From assembly GCF_001194135.2 (NCBI RefSeq), contig NC_068984.1, positions 129,558,306-129,596,344 of the forward strand: a stretch of 38,039 nucleotides of DNA. The letters run 5' to 3'. The translations under genes and the position numbers were made by a program. Below the pieces are notes generated by a model. The model was not told the origin of the DNA. It saw nothing but the letters and a program-made list of their open reading frames with translations, and ran no database searches. Source of the DNA: Octopus bimaculoides (lineage: Eukaryota). Shown here piece by piece: positions 1 to 10,874 of the stretch. Numbering within the stretch: position 1 is the first letter of the stretch; each line of letters starts with the position of its first letter.

Positions 1-203
1 GGCCGTTTTCATGCGGGTGACACGTAAAAGCACCCACTACACTCTCTGAGTGGTTGGCGTTAGGAAGGGCATCCAGCTGTAGAAACTCTGCCAAATTAGA
101 TTGGAGCCTGGTGTTGCCATCCGGTTTCACCAGTCCTCAGTCAAATCGTCCAACCCATGCTAGCATGGAAAGCGGACGTTAAACGATGATGATGATGATG
201 ATG
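1..203 (+). mobile_element. 3' part of SINE family S1 with (GAT)n tail, truncated by window edge
   Basis: Ends ...GGACGTTAAAC followed by (GAT)6 at 185-203. The internal segment TTGGCGTTAGGAAGGGCATCCAGCTGTAGAAAC recurs in reverse at ~35390-35465. Confidence 0.75.
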
Positions 204-768
204 CTGATAAATCTGTAAAAATACATTAGTAGAGGAGGGCAAATAGCAATGATATAAGTTGAAGCAACTAGCTATGTTTGAGAAGTAATCACTTAGACAT
301 TTTTCCTTTCAGATGCAAAACAGACACAAAGCTGTGCACTCGTGGTTGGAAGCCCAACTCTAACTGGCAGGTTTTAAACTATATGGCTACCACCATAAAT
401 GTACCCATGAAATGGTTAGAACAAGTGGAAAATGTGCTGGAATAAAGCTGAATGGATGTATGTGCATGGAAGAGCTAACATAGAATGGGGTAGGACTCAG
501 TGAAACTCTTCACAAGAAGAAACAAACATTTCTTAGGCCAACCATTTTATAAATTGAACCGGGTGCATTTAATGTGGTACCAACTAGTAAATTTGCTTTG
601 CAATACAGAATACTTCATGTCTCTCATCCACATGTCATAGAACATTGGTAATGTTCTGCTTAGCTTCCTTTATGTCTAACCGTTATAATTCTCTGCTATC
701 TCCATTCTTCCACTCTTTCCAGACCTGCCTCTTTGCTGTAATGGTTATGTCCACCTCACTGTTCTACT

Positions 769-1141
769 GTGGAGGCGCAATGGCCCAGTGGTTAGGGCAG
801 CGGACTCGCGGTTTCGATTCCCAAACCGGGCGTTGTGAGTGTTTATTGAGCGAAAACACCTAAAGCTCCACGAGGCTCCGGCAGGGGATGGTGGCGAACC
901 CTGTTGTACTCTTTCACCACAACTTTCTCTCACTCTTTCTTCCTGTTTCTGTTGTGCCTGTAATTCAAAGGGTCAGCCTTGTCACACTGTGTCACGCTGA
1001 ATATCCCAGAGAACTACGTTAAGGGTACACGTGTCTGTGGAGTGCTCAGCCACTTGCACTTTAATTTCACGAGCAGGCTGTTCCGTTGATCGGATCAACT
1101 GGAACCCTCGACGTCGCAAGTGACGGAGTGCCAACACAACA
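769..1141 (+). mobile_element. tRNA-derived SINE family S2, full-length copy
   Basis: Pol III A-box-like TGGCCCAGTGG and B-box-like GTTTCGATTCC, (CAA)-rich tail, exact 11-bp TSD ACTGTTCTACT (758-768 / 1142-1152). Near-identical copies at 36204 and 37701. Confidence 0.9.
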
Positions 1142-1644
1142 ACTGTTCTACTATGATCTCATCTTTCGTCTGACAAGACCCCTGTCCCAGTCCGAGACTT
1201 GGTCCGTAGACTTCAGCAGGTCCCGTAGGAATTTCCATTTATTTTTTAAGCTGTAAATTTCTATCTCCCTTTCTCTATCGTCATTCATATTAATTCTACA
1301 CACCATCACTTTGTCTCAAATACTTAATTAAATAAATTACTATAACTACATAAATCAATAAGTTTATTCTGGACCATCACTAAATAGACATCGGAAGTCA
1401 CCCAAAATCATGTTTCTCATTGCAGACAGTTCTGTCACATTCCACACGCCGACCACCGGTGAATTGGGGTTATTACAAAATATACACATCAAATCAACAC
1501 ACACGAAAAAAAAAAAAAAAGAAGAGATTAGAATTAAACTTCCTACACAAATAAAAATCGTTAGAATTTTATGTATTCTTATTGTTTAAATTATGTTTAA
1601 TCAGAGATTTCAGAGCATCATGCAATGTGGAAGAGAATATCCAT

Positions 1645-1930
1645 GCATGACTAGCAACATGAAAATGTTTTCAATTAGCAAATCTGTAATTTACTTTATA
1701 TTACATGTAACACTGAAGTATTTTATTTCTTTCAAAAACAACAGGTCAACATTTCAGCTTGGAAGTATTATCCTGCAGGTGAAAGTCAACAAGAAGACGG
1801 GGACGGCGAGTGAATATCATTGTTCTAACATTCTGTTGTCACTTGCATAGATTTTATGGTTAAAAAGTTCACATAATAATTCTGTTTTTCATACATATCA
1901 TTACATATAAGTAAATCTTTGTCAGCTTAC
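1645..1930 (-). promoter_or_regulatory. Conserved intron-1 block of ZNF paralogue D
   Basis: Aligns by eye to 9920-10414, 19697-19967 and (reverse) 21417-21720. Confidence 0.7.
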
Positions 1931-2100
1931 CGTTTCTAGCATGTCAACAGTAAATCAATGTATCAACCAAACTCCAAAAGAAGTTATCTCGTTGTAAGAT
2001 TGGGAATTTCAAACGTTTTAACCCCTTTTATTCTACGACATAAATGTTGGGATATCTTATCTTTTCCAGTCTTTAGACATCAATTCGTATCTAATCACAA
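1931..2100 (-). other. Putative non-coding exon 1 of fourth ZNF paralogue D (coding exon outside window, to the left)
   Basis: Homologous to exon-1 blocks of A, B and C. Donor G|GTAAGC at 1930 and the conserved 21-bp motif at 2071-2091. Exon status is inferred, with no transcript data. Confidence 0.65.
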
Positions 2101-2431
2101 TGAACCAATCTATCTAACTTCGTTGTCTTTACCTGCTCTTTGCATCAAAGATATATGTGTATATCACGGCATTACTCTTATCCTTTGTTTAGACGTATAT
2201 TAGATATATGTGTTACCTTACTATATATTGTTTTATAATAAGATAATGATTCACTATGCTAAGAAGAAAAACTTCGAGAATAATAATTCCGATATCAAAA
2301 TCTCTTAATTACGCTGAAAGAATAATTATTGTAGATCACGACTGTTCTATGTCGTGCTATTCAGTTTTAATTAAAAGAGGAATTTTACTTATCAAGCGGT
2401 TATTGCTGAAAGTAGACCTATTAAAAGTTTG

Positions 2432-3070
2432 GGCACTGTCATGCTATTAGCTGTCAGAAGTGAAAGTGCTCACTGCTAGTGAAGTATCTGTCTGTCTGCC
2501 TGCATGCCTGTTGCTGGTCTGTCGATTCTTTGGCTACTGACAGCTAATACCATGACTGGCCGGAGCGAGCTATATGTCTGTCTGTCTGTCTGTCTCTCTA
2601 TCTATCTATTACTCGAAAGTTATTGGAACAAATTTGACACCTATATCCATGCGTTTGAAAACACACAGAGTATAAGGGTACTACTAAAGCAGAGTGGTCC
2701 CGAACGCGCAGTCGCGCGTCCGCGCTAGCTAGTCGTGAGTGGTCGATCCTATTATTTTTAAACTTCAAACTTCATTTGTTTTCTATTTTGATAAATTCTC
2801 TCTGTTGAAAATTATATTTTTATATTTTAAATAATTTGCAATTTCAGGAAATATGTTTTTATATTAAATTTGTGTTTTCTAATAAGGTGGACGAGTGATT
2901 GATAGATAGATAGATAGATAGTAGATAGATATCAGTAAGTAAGTAAGCCAAAGTATCAACTCAAACCAGCAGGCAGACAGACGGACACACAGAGGCATGC
3001 AGGCAGACAGACAGATACTTCACTCGCAGTGAGCACTTTCACTTCTGACAGCTAATAGCATGACAGTGCC
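2432..3070. mobile_element. Foldback MITE, Merlin-like (TIR GGCACTGTCATGC...)
   Basis: About 80-bp near-perfect TIR extending imperfectly to ~115 bp, exact 8-bp TSD AAAGTTTG (2424-2431 / 3071-3078), GG termini, internal (TGTC)n/(GATA)n. Confidence 0.85.
2677..2750 (+). mobile_element. Solo arm of the GGTACTACTAAAGC MITE family nested in the 2432-3070 element
   Basis: Near-identical to the arms of the 10875-11047 element. Confidence 0.8.
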
Positions 3071-3240
3071 AAAGTTTGGTCAATCCACAGCACTGAATTG
3101 ATATACAAAGAGAGAATGTGTATAATTAAATGCAGATGTTTCTACACAGAATTATGGTTAGAATTTCTATATTGATTTAATGTCTCCGGTAGGAAATAAA
3201 TACTCAAATGTTAAAACCATATTTTAAAGTGATACTTTAA

Positions 3241-3305
3241 AAATAGAGACAGATCCGAATCGATGTCTAAAGAGAGAATTTACCTGAATGTTAATGGCGT
3301 TAAAT
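3241..3305 (+). pseudogene. Truncated ZNF exon-1/promoter remnant E
   Basis: AAATAGAGACAGATCCGAATCGATGTCTAAAGAG matches the gene C exon-1 start (21252-21285). The next ~30 bp match exon 1 of B. No plus-strand finger exon follows before gene A. Confidence 0.6.
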
Positions 3306-3639
3306 TGGCTAACTTTTTTTTTTTTCAGAGTGTAAGAGTTATGCGAAAAGAAGAATCGATTGTAAGTCTTACCAATCATTCTTAGACAATATCCAAAAAT
3401 AAAAACGGAAAAAGAGGAACAAGAAAAGAAAAAGAAGGGAAAAACATCAATTCAACATCTGAGCGCAGATTGTCCTATACTCTCTGCTTCCGTCTATCCT
3501 CAACTGTAACAGTAACTGATAAACCCAGCTCTCTCCACTGCAAGAGCTTCAGCCACCTCCCTCTTGGAACTGTACCATGTTGGAGGGGAGAGGATGCTGC
3601 CTACCAAAGGGGAACAAGCGTTGGTGAAGGAAAGAAAAC

Positions 3640-4260
3640 AGGGAAGAGATAGAAACAAGCACTTGCTCGTGACGCTCAATTACCCCAAGGTTTTTCAAAA
3701 GTTGCTCAAGGTTAGTCATCTTGAATCAAAAGATGGACTCAAAAGCTCGGCCAGTAATTGGGGCTCCAAGAGGACAACACACTGATGAAGGAGGAACCGC
3801 GATAGATGGGGAGGAGTTTGTAAACAGGTTTGTAGTCTACTGATGTGAAACTGGATGGTCGAGGAACTCGCATTTGGAACTGTTAACATTAAGGCCCCTA
3901 TGACCAAGTTTCTCAATCATCGTCTTTGCAGTTGCAAGGACCTTATCAGGAGCCCCTCCCCACAGACAAGTATCATCAAGAAACCAAACAATTAAGTCCA
4001 GGTCAGCTCCCATCTTGGAAGCATTATCAATACCCAGTGCAAAAAGAGCAGGTTCAAGTGAGCTACCCTGTTGGACTCCAGATGCAGATGTGATGAGGTG
4101 GTCACCAAAGTAGAGGCAGGAGGCCTCCCGATAAGCTTGCCAAGCAAAGTGATAGGGCTGTGAGACATTTTCTTTTACTGCACGGAGGACGACATTCCGA
4201 CTAATAGAATTGTGGTACGAGGGGACTGTAATGCGAGGAAATAAGATACGATTCACCTAC
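3640..4260 (-). mobile_element. Decayed CRE-clade non-LTR retrotransposon reverse transcriptase fragment
   Basis: ORF 3837-4256 has NSISRNVVL, GVQQGSSLEPALF and WFLDD (RT motifs; GVQQGDPLGP/WYLDD type typical of CRE). A shifted frame continues LGAPITG...KMTNLEQL. Confidence 0.75.
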
Positions 4261-4911
4261 CTCTCGTTGTCAACTGTCCAGCTGTACTAAATTCAAAACA
4301 CGTGCCCTGCCCGTCGCACCTAATGCTAGCAGCTGCTACTACCAATCCCTCTAGCTTGCTTCACTGATGTTCGTTCGCGGCAACTGCGCCAGGCCAAAGG
4401 AGGACGACCCTGGTGTTGCTTCCCTCATTTCCTCTTTCCCACCTCTTGTTCCGGTCAGGCCGCTTGACCGTTGACGTCACATTCCTTTCCTTCCGACTCA
4501 TCTCATGCCCACAGTGGCGAAAAATCATGAGTCTGTGCCATGTTTAATTATGTATAGTATAATAAACACTGCAAGCTCATGAAACGGTAATTTTCATTAT
4601 GTTTTACTTTTCTTTCTTTTTAAGACGTGTTGTTTGTATCAATATCTGTTTTGTTCGCAGCAGTTTTAAAAAAAATTCCCATAATTAACAAATGTCTTAT
4701 TTTTATCCAAATGTATATCTTAACTAAACTGAACGCTTGAAGCACACGTATGTAATAATTTCACTTGCCTCATTATATGTGTTTTAAGATGTTTATTTTA
4801 CCTAATTTTCGTACATACATTATACAGTTACTGACACCCGCTTATATGAATTTAAGCAAATGTCCAGCCTACCTGCTTACACCAACATCCCTATTATTTG
4901 AGACCTGAGAG

Positions 4912-5835
4912 TACGCAAAAATGAAAAGAACACTGACAGTTCATTTTAACAGATATATTTATCAAAATTACATTAAAATATCTTGAAATACCAAAGAGTA
5001 AATTTATTCAATAAAATTGCCATTGGCTTCAACGACAGCCTCCAGACGACTTCGGAATCTCCTGCAACTCTTTTGGACGATCTCCTTGTTTAAGTGAATG
5101 TTACCATAATCCTTGCCTTCAGTTCATCTTTGGTGTTACAAGTTTTGTTGGCCTCTTGCATAATAATCAAGGGGGTTGCAGTCTGGAGAGTTAGGTGGCA
5201 AGGTGTTAGGAGTGATGTGGTCACAGAAATTATCTGGGTTCTCCTGCTCGTGTGGCATGGTGCAGAGTCCTGTCTTCTAGCAGCCACCCTCTTGACCCAG
5301 GGCAGCACTACCTTCTCCAGACACTTGATGTAGGCCAGAGGTTCTCAAACCTTTTGGGCCACCGCCCACCTCATGGCCACATAATATCCTCAGTGACCCC
5401 ACCCCTATTTTTATGTATAAATAAATAAATATTTTATATTTTACTAATTTATATACACTATGAATTTATTTGATATTTAATATAATTTGTATACAATATC
5501 TTGTATGAGGAAAACCAAATATCTTCCTTCATTACCTGCCAGGTAAGAAACCCAGACACCCCCATGTCCCTGGTTGATTTCAAGGGATTGTTGTCAATCA
5601 TGACCTGGATCTCACCAACAAATTCAGGAGTTCTTATCAGAATGATCAGAGTGAGTTTTCCGAGCTGCTGTACCTTCGTAATCACCATTAGATTCGTCCA
5701 ACTCTTTCCGAATCCTCTGCACCGTTTTCGGATTGACACCCAAACACTGAAATGTTTGTATTGGAGCTTCCAGCACAAATGCCAAGCAGTACAGCATGTC
5801 GTTGCCAAATTTCTGGGAGAGTGAATTGCATTATG
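4912..5835 (-). mobile_element. Decayed Tc1/mariner (maT/DD37D-like) transposon, central part missing
   Basis: N-terminal frames MQFTLPEIWQRHAVLLG, TVQRIRKELDESNGDYEGTAARK and TPEFVGEIQVMIDN (5495-5830). C-terminal YIKCLEKVVLPW..QDSAPCHTSRRTQ..NTKDELKARIM (4995-5335). Many frameshifts. Confidence 0.75.
5336..5420 (+). mobile_element. Solo hAT/Charlie-like transposon end inside the mariner relic
   Basis: Begins CAGAGGTTCTCAAACCTTTT, resembling hAT-Charlie TIRs, exactly where the mariner coding homology breaks. Confidence 0.45.
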
Positions 5836-6284
5836 GTGCTGTTTTTTTAAATTTTTTTTGTTTTACAGACAGTGGTCTATTGACCCTACTATACTGTGTA
5901 GTCAACAACAACAAAAAAACAATATAATGCGCATAATTAAAAATATAAAATGGTGACAATTTACCTATCACACCATGTATATATACATACACACATATAC
6001 ATAATTTCATATATGTATTTATATGTCTGTGAAACTAATAAACTAAAACAATTGCCTGCATATAGCATCTCTGTCACTCCCACTCCAATTGTTGTTTTAG
6101 TTTTCTTTTCTCAACATAACTGATGCAATAGAAGAGTGACCAGTCCATAAATTATTCTCACAACTCCCACACTTCTGAACTTCAAATTCTAAAGGTAATT
6201 TAATTCCTACTCTCAACTCAGGATTTAAAAAAAAAAAAAGACCATAATGAACATGACAGAGGTCAGATTAGTTGAAAATACACA

Positions 6285-6285
<1 letters not shown>

Positions 6286-6317
<32 letters not shown>
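6286..6317. repeat. Poly(A) tract, 32 nt
   Basis: Direct observation. Confidence 0.9.
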
Positions 6318-6319
<2 letters not shown>

Positions 6320-6942
6320 TATCAATTTTATTTGGTGAAATTAGTGGTCAATGTACAGACAACTTTTGCTTTTTATAATTTATAGGAACACAAAAGACAA
6401 AGACAGGTGTATGAACAACGAGCAGGTATATTAGTTTGACGCTCGGGAAAATGGAAAAGTCTTTTTTCGTTTTGAGCCTACACTCTTCAACAGAAAGGAA
6501 CATGAGAAAATAAACAGAGTGAAGGGAAAAAAATCTTGTAGATTTAGCAGTCAAGCATTGGCGAATGATTAGAAGAAAAAAAATTGAAAGAAAGGGAGAT
6601 AATAAAGTGCTGGTAGATACAAATACTCAATTCAAAAAAACAAATAGAGAGGAAAAAGAAAACGAAACGCGTGTGAGGACGTGCACAAGAATTATATTAG
6701 TTAGATGCTCAGTGAACGAAGGGAGTCTTTAATGTCTCAAGCATGGCTTGAGAAAGGAGAAAGGGAAAAGTCTGGAGAAGAAGGAAAATCGTCAACTGTC
6801 CATATACATATATGTATATACACGCACACACACACACACAGAGATCTGCATTTTGAAGGCAATTTCAGAAAATTATCTCTGTTCTCTTTCAGCATACAAG
6901 ACAAATTTCTCAATTATTTACCTATATCATATATAGGTATCA

Positions 6943-7274
6943 GTGAAGGTGCATGGCTTAGTGGTTAGGGTAGTTGGTTCATGATCATAAGTTCAATTCT
7001 CAGTGACATGTTGTGTCCTTGAGCAAGACACTTTATTTCACGTTGCTCCAGTCCACTCAGCTGGCAAAAATGAGTAGTACCTGTATTTCAAAGGGCCAGC
7101 CTTGTCACACCCTGTGTCACGCTGAATCTCCCTGAGAACTACATTAAAGATACACGTCTGTGGAATGCTCAGCTACTTGCACGTTAATTTCACAAGCAAG
7201 CTGTTCCATTGATCGTATCAGCTGGAACCCTTGTCATCGTAACCAATGGAGTGCTCCTTTTTTTTTTTTTTTAG
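6943..7274 (+). mobile_element. CORE-type tRNA SINE sharing its 3' half with family S2
   Basis: A-box TGGCTTAGTGG, CORE-like TGTGTCCTTGAGCAAGACACTT, 3' half aligns to 960-1130, T-rich tail, exact 12-bp TSD ATATAGGTATCA (6931-6942 / 7275-7286). Confidence 0.8.
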
Positions 7275-7336
7275 ATATAGGTATCAACAGTATTTTTCAC
7301 TGACCTGGAAAAATATGGAATATACATAAGTATGCT

Positions 7337-7342
7337 TTTATT
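7337..7342 (-). terminator. Polyadenylation signal AATAAA of gene A
   Basis: Same context AATAAAAGCATA at the homologous position in B (15387-15392) and C (26251-26256). Confidence 0.6.
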
Positions 7343-7696
7343 TAATATATCATGTTATCTCAGCAATGTAGATGTAATTGTGATGATAAAAAATATAGTC
7401 ACTGCAGCTTGCTTTCACAATGTTATATCTTCAGTCCAGTTTGAATACATTTATGGATATACAAGTTATTTTTTTTTAATATTGTGAATTTTAACAAAGT
7501 GGATGTGTCCAAATAAACTACATATATCTCATATGCTGCAAAAGAGTACCTCAAAAAGGGAATCATGGTGAGTATATAGTATGTCACTGGTTCATTAATT
7601 ACTGTTCAGTTCACGTGGCTAAACCAGGATTTAACGATGAAAATGGTCGTAAAATGTTGACTGTTGTTGTGAGCAGTAACCAATTCTAAGAGACAG

Positions 7697-8989
7697 TCAC
7701 ATTTTTGTATGGATAGATATATGTGCGGTTAAGTTGCGTTTTTCAGCAAAAGACTTACCACAGATATCACATAGATATGGCTTCTCCCCTGTATGAATAC
7801 GATTGTGTTTCGTTAAGTCACTACTTCCAGAGAATGATTTACCACAGATATGACAACGAAACGGTTTCTCCCCACTATGAACACGTTGGTGGATAGTTAA
7901 AACACTTTTATGAGTGAATGGTTTACCACAGATATCACACTGATATGGCTTCTCTCCTGTATGTACACGTATGTGTTTCGATAGGATACTAGCTCTGGAG
8001 AATGATCTGCCACAAACATCACAGCAGAATGGTTTTTCTCCAGTGTGAATACGCTTATGTTTAGCCAAGTCACTACTTGCAGAGAATGATTTGCCACATG
8101 TATCACAAGGAAAAGGTTTCTCACCTGTATGCATACGTACATGTTTAGTTAAGTCACCATTCCGTAAGAATGATTTACCACAAATATGGCAGTGATGTGG
8201 TCTCTCTAACGTATGAATACGTTTATGGTTGGTTAAAAGATCATTGTAAGAGAATGATTTACCACATAAATTACAGTGAAATGGCTTCTCCCCTGTGTGA
8301 ATATGTTTATGTCTAATTAATCTAGGGTTTTCAGAGAATGATTTACCACAGACATCACAGCGAAATGGTTTCTCTCCTGAATGCATACGTAGGTGTTTAG
8401 TTAAGGCACTACGTCCAGTGAATGATTTACTACAGATATGACAGTGAAATGGTTTCTCACCCGTATGAATACGCTTGTGGGTAGTTAAATCAGTGGAATG
8501 AGAAAAAGATTTATCACAGATATCACACTTATATGGTTTCTCGCCTGTATGAATACGTTTGTGGGTAGTTAAATCATTGGAATGGCAGAAAGATTTGCCA
8601 CAGGTATCACACTTATATGGTTTCTCTCCTGTGTGAATACGTATGTGCTTCCATAAGTCATTACTTCCTGCGAATGATTTACCACAGGAATCACAGTGAT
8701 ATGGTTTTTCTCCTGTATGAATACGTTTATGTCTACTCAGTTTAGTGCTGTCAGAGAACGATTTATCACAGATATCACATTGATATGGTTTTTCTCCTGT
8801 ATGAAGACGTTTGTGTCTACTTAAGGAGCTACTTGCAGAAAATGATTTACTACAGACATCACAATGAAATGGTTTCTCTCCTGTATGCATACGTACATGT
8901 TTAGTTAAGCCACTACTTGTAGAGAATAATTTATCACAGATATGACAATGAAATCGCTTCTCCCCTGTGTGGTTATGTAATTTAATCAT
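7697..8989 (-). CDS. C2H2 (Kruppel-type) zinc-finger protein A, 15 fingers, no recognisable effector domain
   Basis: 430-aa ORF of 28-aa C-x2-C-x12-H-x3-H repeats with TGEKP(F/Y) linkers. The start codon is uncertain (see finding). Confidence 0.93.
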   Translation of the reverse strand: MIKLHNHTGEKRFHCHICDKLFSTSSGLTKHVRMHTGEKPFHCDVCSKSFSASSSLSRHKRLHTGEKPYQCDICDKSFSDSTKLSRHKRIHTGEKPYHCDSCGKSFAGSNDLWKHIRIHTGEKPYKCDTCGKSFCHSNDLTTHKRIHTGEKPYKCDICDKSFSHSTDLTTHKRIHTGEKPFHCHICSKSFTGRSALTKHLRMHSGEKPFRCDVCGKSFSENPRLIRHKHIHTGEKPFHCNLCGKSFSYNDLLTNHKRIHTLERPHHCHICGKSFLRNGDLTKHVRMHTGEKPFPCDTCGKSFSASSDLAKHKRIHTGEKPFCCDVCGRSFSRASILSKHIRVHTGEKPYQCDICGKPFTHKSVLTIHQRVHSGEKPFRCHICGKSFSGSSDLTKHNRIHTGEKPYLCDICGKSFAEKRNLTAHISIHTKM

Positions 8990-9485
8990 TTTAGAAGAAA
9001 ATTTTCCACAGATTTCACAGTGATAAGGGGTTATTTTTCTAACATTTTGAACATCTCTTCAATGAATATAAAAACTCAGTCTATTGTTATCAACTGTAAT
9101 ATTCACTGATATCTAAGAGGTGTTGTAAACACCTTCAAAAATTTAATCAAGTTTCATTAAAAGGGAAAGGCATCAGACAGTGAGGTAGAGAAACGTTGCT
9201 ATTAAAGCCAGTATTTCACAGTAATTCTAACATCGATTAATAGCAATGGGTTATATCTGTCATATATGAAATTTCCCCTTAGACTTCAAAAGATTACAAA
9301 TATCGAAGATGAATTCAATGTAAAAATATATCCTGAATGCCAACGTTATCAGTTAATCTGAAATAATAAAGAAACAGTATAAGAGACAGAAGATAAACAT
9401 GGAAATTTTACATTTCTGTATTGATAGACAAATTATATAAACATAGTACAACTGGTTGTAATGTCAAGGTAACGTGGCAGATGTC

Positions 9486-9894
9486 AGAGATAGGTAGTAC
9501 CAAGTTGCAGTTTCTCCGTTTTAACGGGAATTTTTTAATTTTATTTTTCTTACGTTGCCTTTGGAAATGAACTGGAGTAATTACAAAAAATTTTTTTTAT
9601 CGAAAAATGGTCTCATTAATAGCATAAACTCGTTCTACGAAAAAATGATGACAATTTATTTTTATCAACCTTACTGGTTGTGTGATATGCTAGAAACAAC
9701 CGCCAAATCACCGTTAAATCACACCTGTTCGTCTGAAAAATATGTACATTTTTTTTTAACCGAAAAGGCTTCAATAGTTTTCGCAAAATTTTTTTGACAA
9801 AATTTACCCAGAGCATTTCCAAGGGCACCGTAAAAAAAAATCTGAAAAATCCTTATCAAAACGGAGAAATTCCAACTTAGTGCTATCTATCTCC
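9486..9894. mobile_element. Older foldback MITE in gene A intron
   Basis: Imperfect TIRs (A/G)GAGATAG..AAGTTG..TTTCTCCGTTTT extending ~100 bp. No clean TSD. Confidence 0.65.
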
Positions 9895-10087
9895 AATGTT
9901 CGCCGGATATGTTATTTAATTCATATCACATGTAACAGTCGGGGATTTTTTCTTTTTCAAAATATCAGATCAACATTTCGGTTTGGAAGTAATTACTCTG
10001 AAGAGTAAAAGTCAGCTAGACGACGACGATGGGCGAATATTTGTTCCAATATGCGTTTTCACTTGTATAGAATTTTTATTTATTTTG

Positions 10088-10225
10088 GGTAATTCTTCAG
10101 ATTAACACCTGCACGATCTTCACTAAGGTGTTATAGGGTTAGTTTTAGGGTTACGGTTAGTGACGGAATTCCCTAACCCTAACACCCTAGTGAAGATCGT
10201 GCGGGTGTTAACCTGAAAAATTACC
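10088..10225. mobile_element. 138-bp foldback MITE, Merlin-like (GGTAATT...), with inverted TTAGGG-type repeats
   Basis: About 50-bp TIR, exact 8-bp TSD TTATTTTG (10080-10087 / 10226-10233). It interrupts the conserved intron block. Confidence 0.85.
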
Positions 10226-10414
10226 TTATTTTGTAATGAGAGATGATTTTTTTTATTCAAGATATAAACAAGAATATATTTTACAAAAGAAAGACAAAGA
10301 AAGAAAAGGAGAAAAAAAAGGACAAAGAAAAGTATAGAATTATGTTATGGTTAATAATTCTGTTATTTACGCACGTTATTAGAGATTTATACAAGTAAAT
10401 TTTTGTCAACTTAC

Positions 10415-10570
10415 CTTTTCCAACATGTCAACAATGAATCAGTGGTGCCGACCATACTCTTAAAGCAATTAATTATTTAGTCGTTAAAATTGGGTTTTTC
10501 AAACGTTTTATATACATTAACGTTCAGAGAGCTTCTTCGTTCTTTAGACATCAATTCGTATTCGCCTCTA
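10415..10570 (-). other. Putative non-coding exon 1 of gene A
   Basis: Homologous to B, C and D blocks, with the motif at 10542-10562 and a conserved donor. Confidence 0.65.
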
Positions 10571-10639
10571 TTTTTAACGTACTCTTTGTTGAGTGTAATT
10601 ACATTCATCTTTATATACATACACATATGTATACACACA

Positions 10640-10870
10640 CAAGTATATGTATATATATATATATATATATTAATATATAGTATTATATATAAATTATATT
10701 AATACATAGTATTATATATAAATTATATTTAGTATTATATATTTTATACTGTGAAGCTTAATTTAATTTTAATTTTTAATAAATTGATTTTAATTGAGTT
10801 TTTACCTGTAATTTTGGATTTTATCCCTAATATTATTATTATGTATATATATATATATATATATATATAA
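10640..10870. repeat. (TA)n microsatellites and a 3-copy ~23-29 bp AT-rich tandem repeat
   Basis: TAGTATTATATATAAATTATATT repeated, plus TA runs. Confidence 0.75.
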
Positions 10871-10874
10871 GATG

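Larger units (their letters stand above)
9358..10414 (-). other. Putative intron 1 of gene A
   Basis: Donor AAG|GTAAGT at 10414 and acceptor TTTCTTTATTATTTCAG|ATTAAC at 9358, both conserved in B and C. Confidence 0.7.

Noticed and set aside
769-830. Functional tRNA genes at SINE heads (also 6943, 19141, 36204)
   Set aside because: No complete cloverleaf. Each continues into a repeat body with tail and TSD.
645-933. Short ORFs repeated at 36104-36622 and 37753-37944 that look like a small gene family
   Set aside because: They are translations of the S2 SINE.
4260-4500. GC-rich segment next to the CRE RT fragment as an inverted 5' piece of the same element
   Set aside because: No recognisable motif in any frame, so it cannot be supported without alignment.
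6286-6317. Poly(A) as the tail of a retroposed insert
   Set aside because: No TSD or recognisable upstream body.
6400-6680. Possible Penelope-derived repeat end (GACGCTCGGG..TTTTGAGCCTACACTCTTC)
   Set aside because: Resemblance from memory only, single copy in the window, no RT or GIY-YIG coding trace.
7897-8142. Antisense ORFs over ZNF genes (also 16556-16756)
   Set aside because: By-products of the repetitive finger coding sequence.
7258-9357. Gene A as a processed retrocopy (A-run downstream of AATAAA)
   Set aside because: The A-run lies inside the TSD-bounded SINE, and gene A retains a conserved acceptor and upstream exon.
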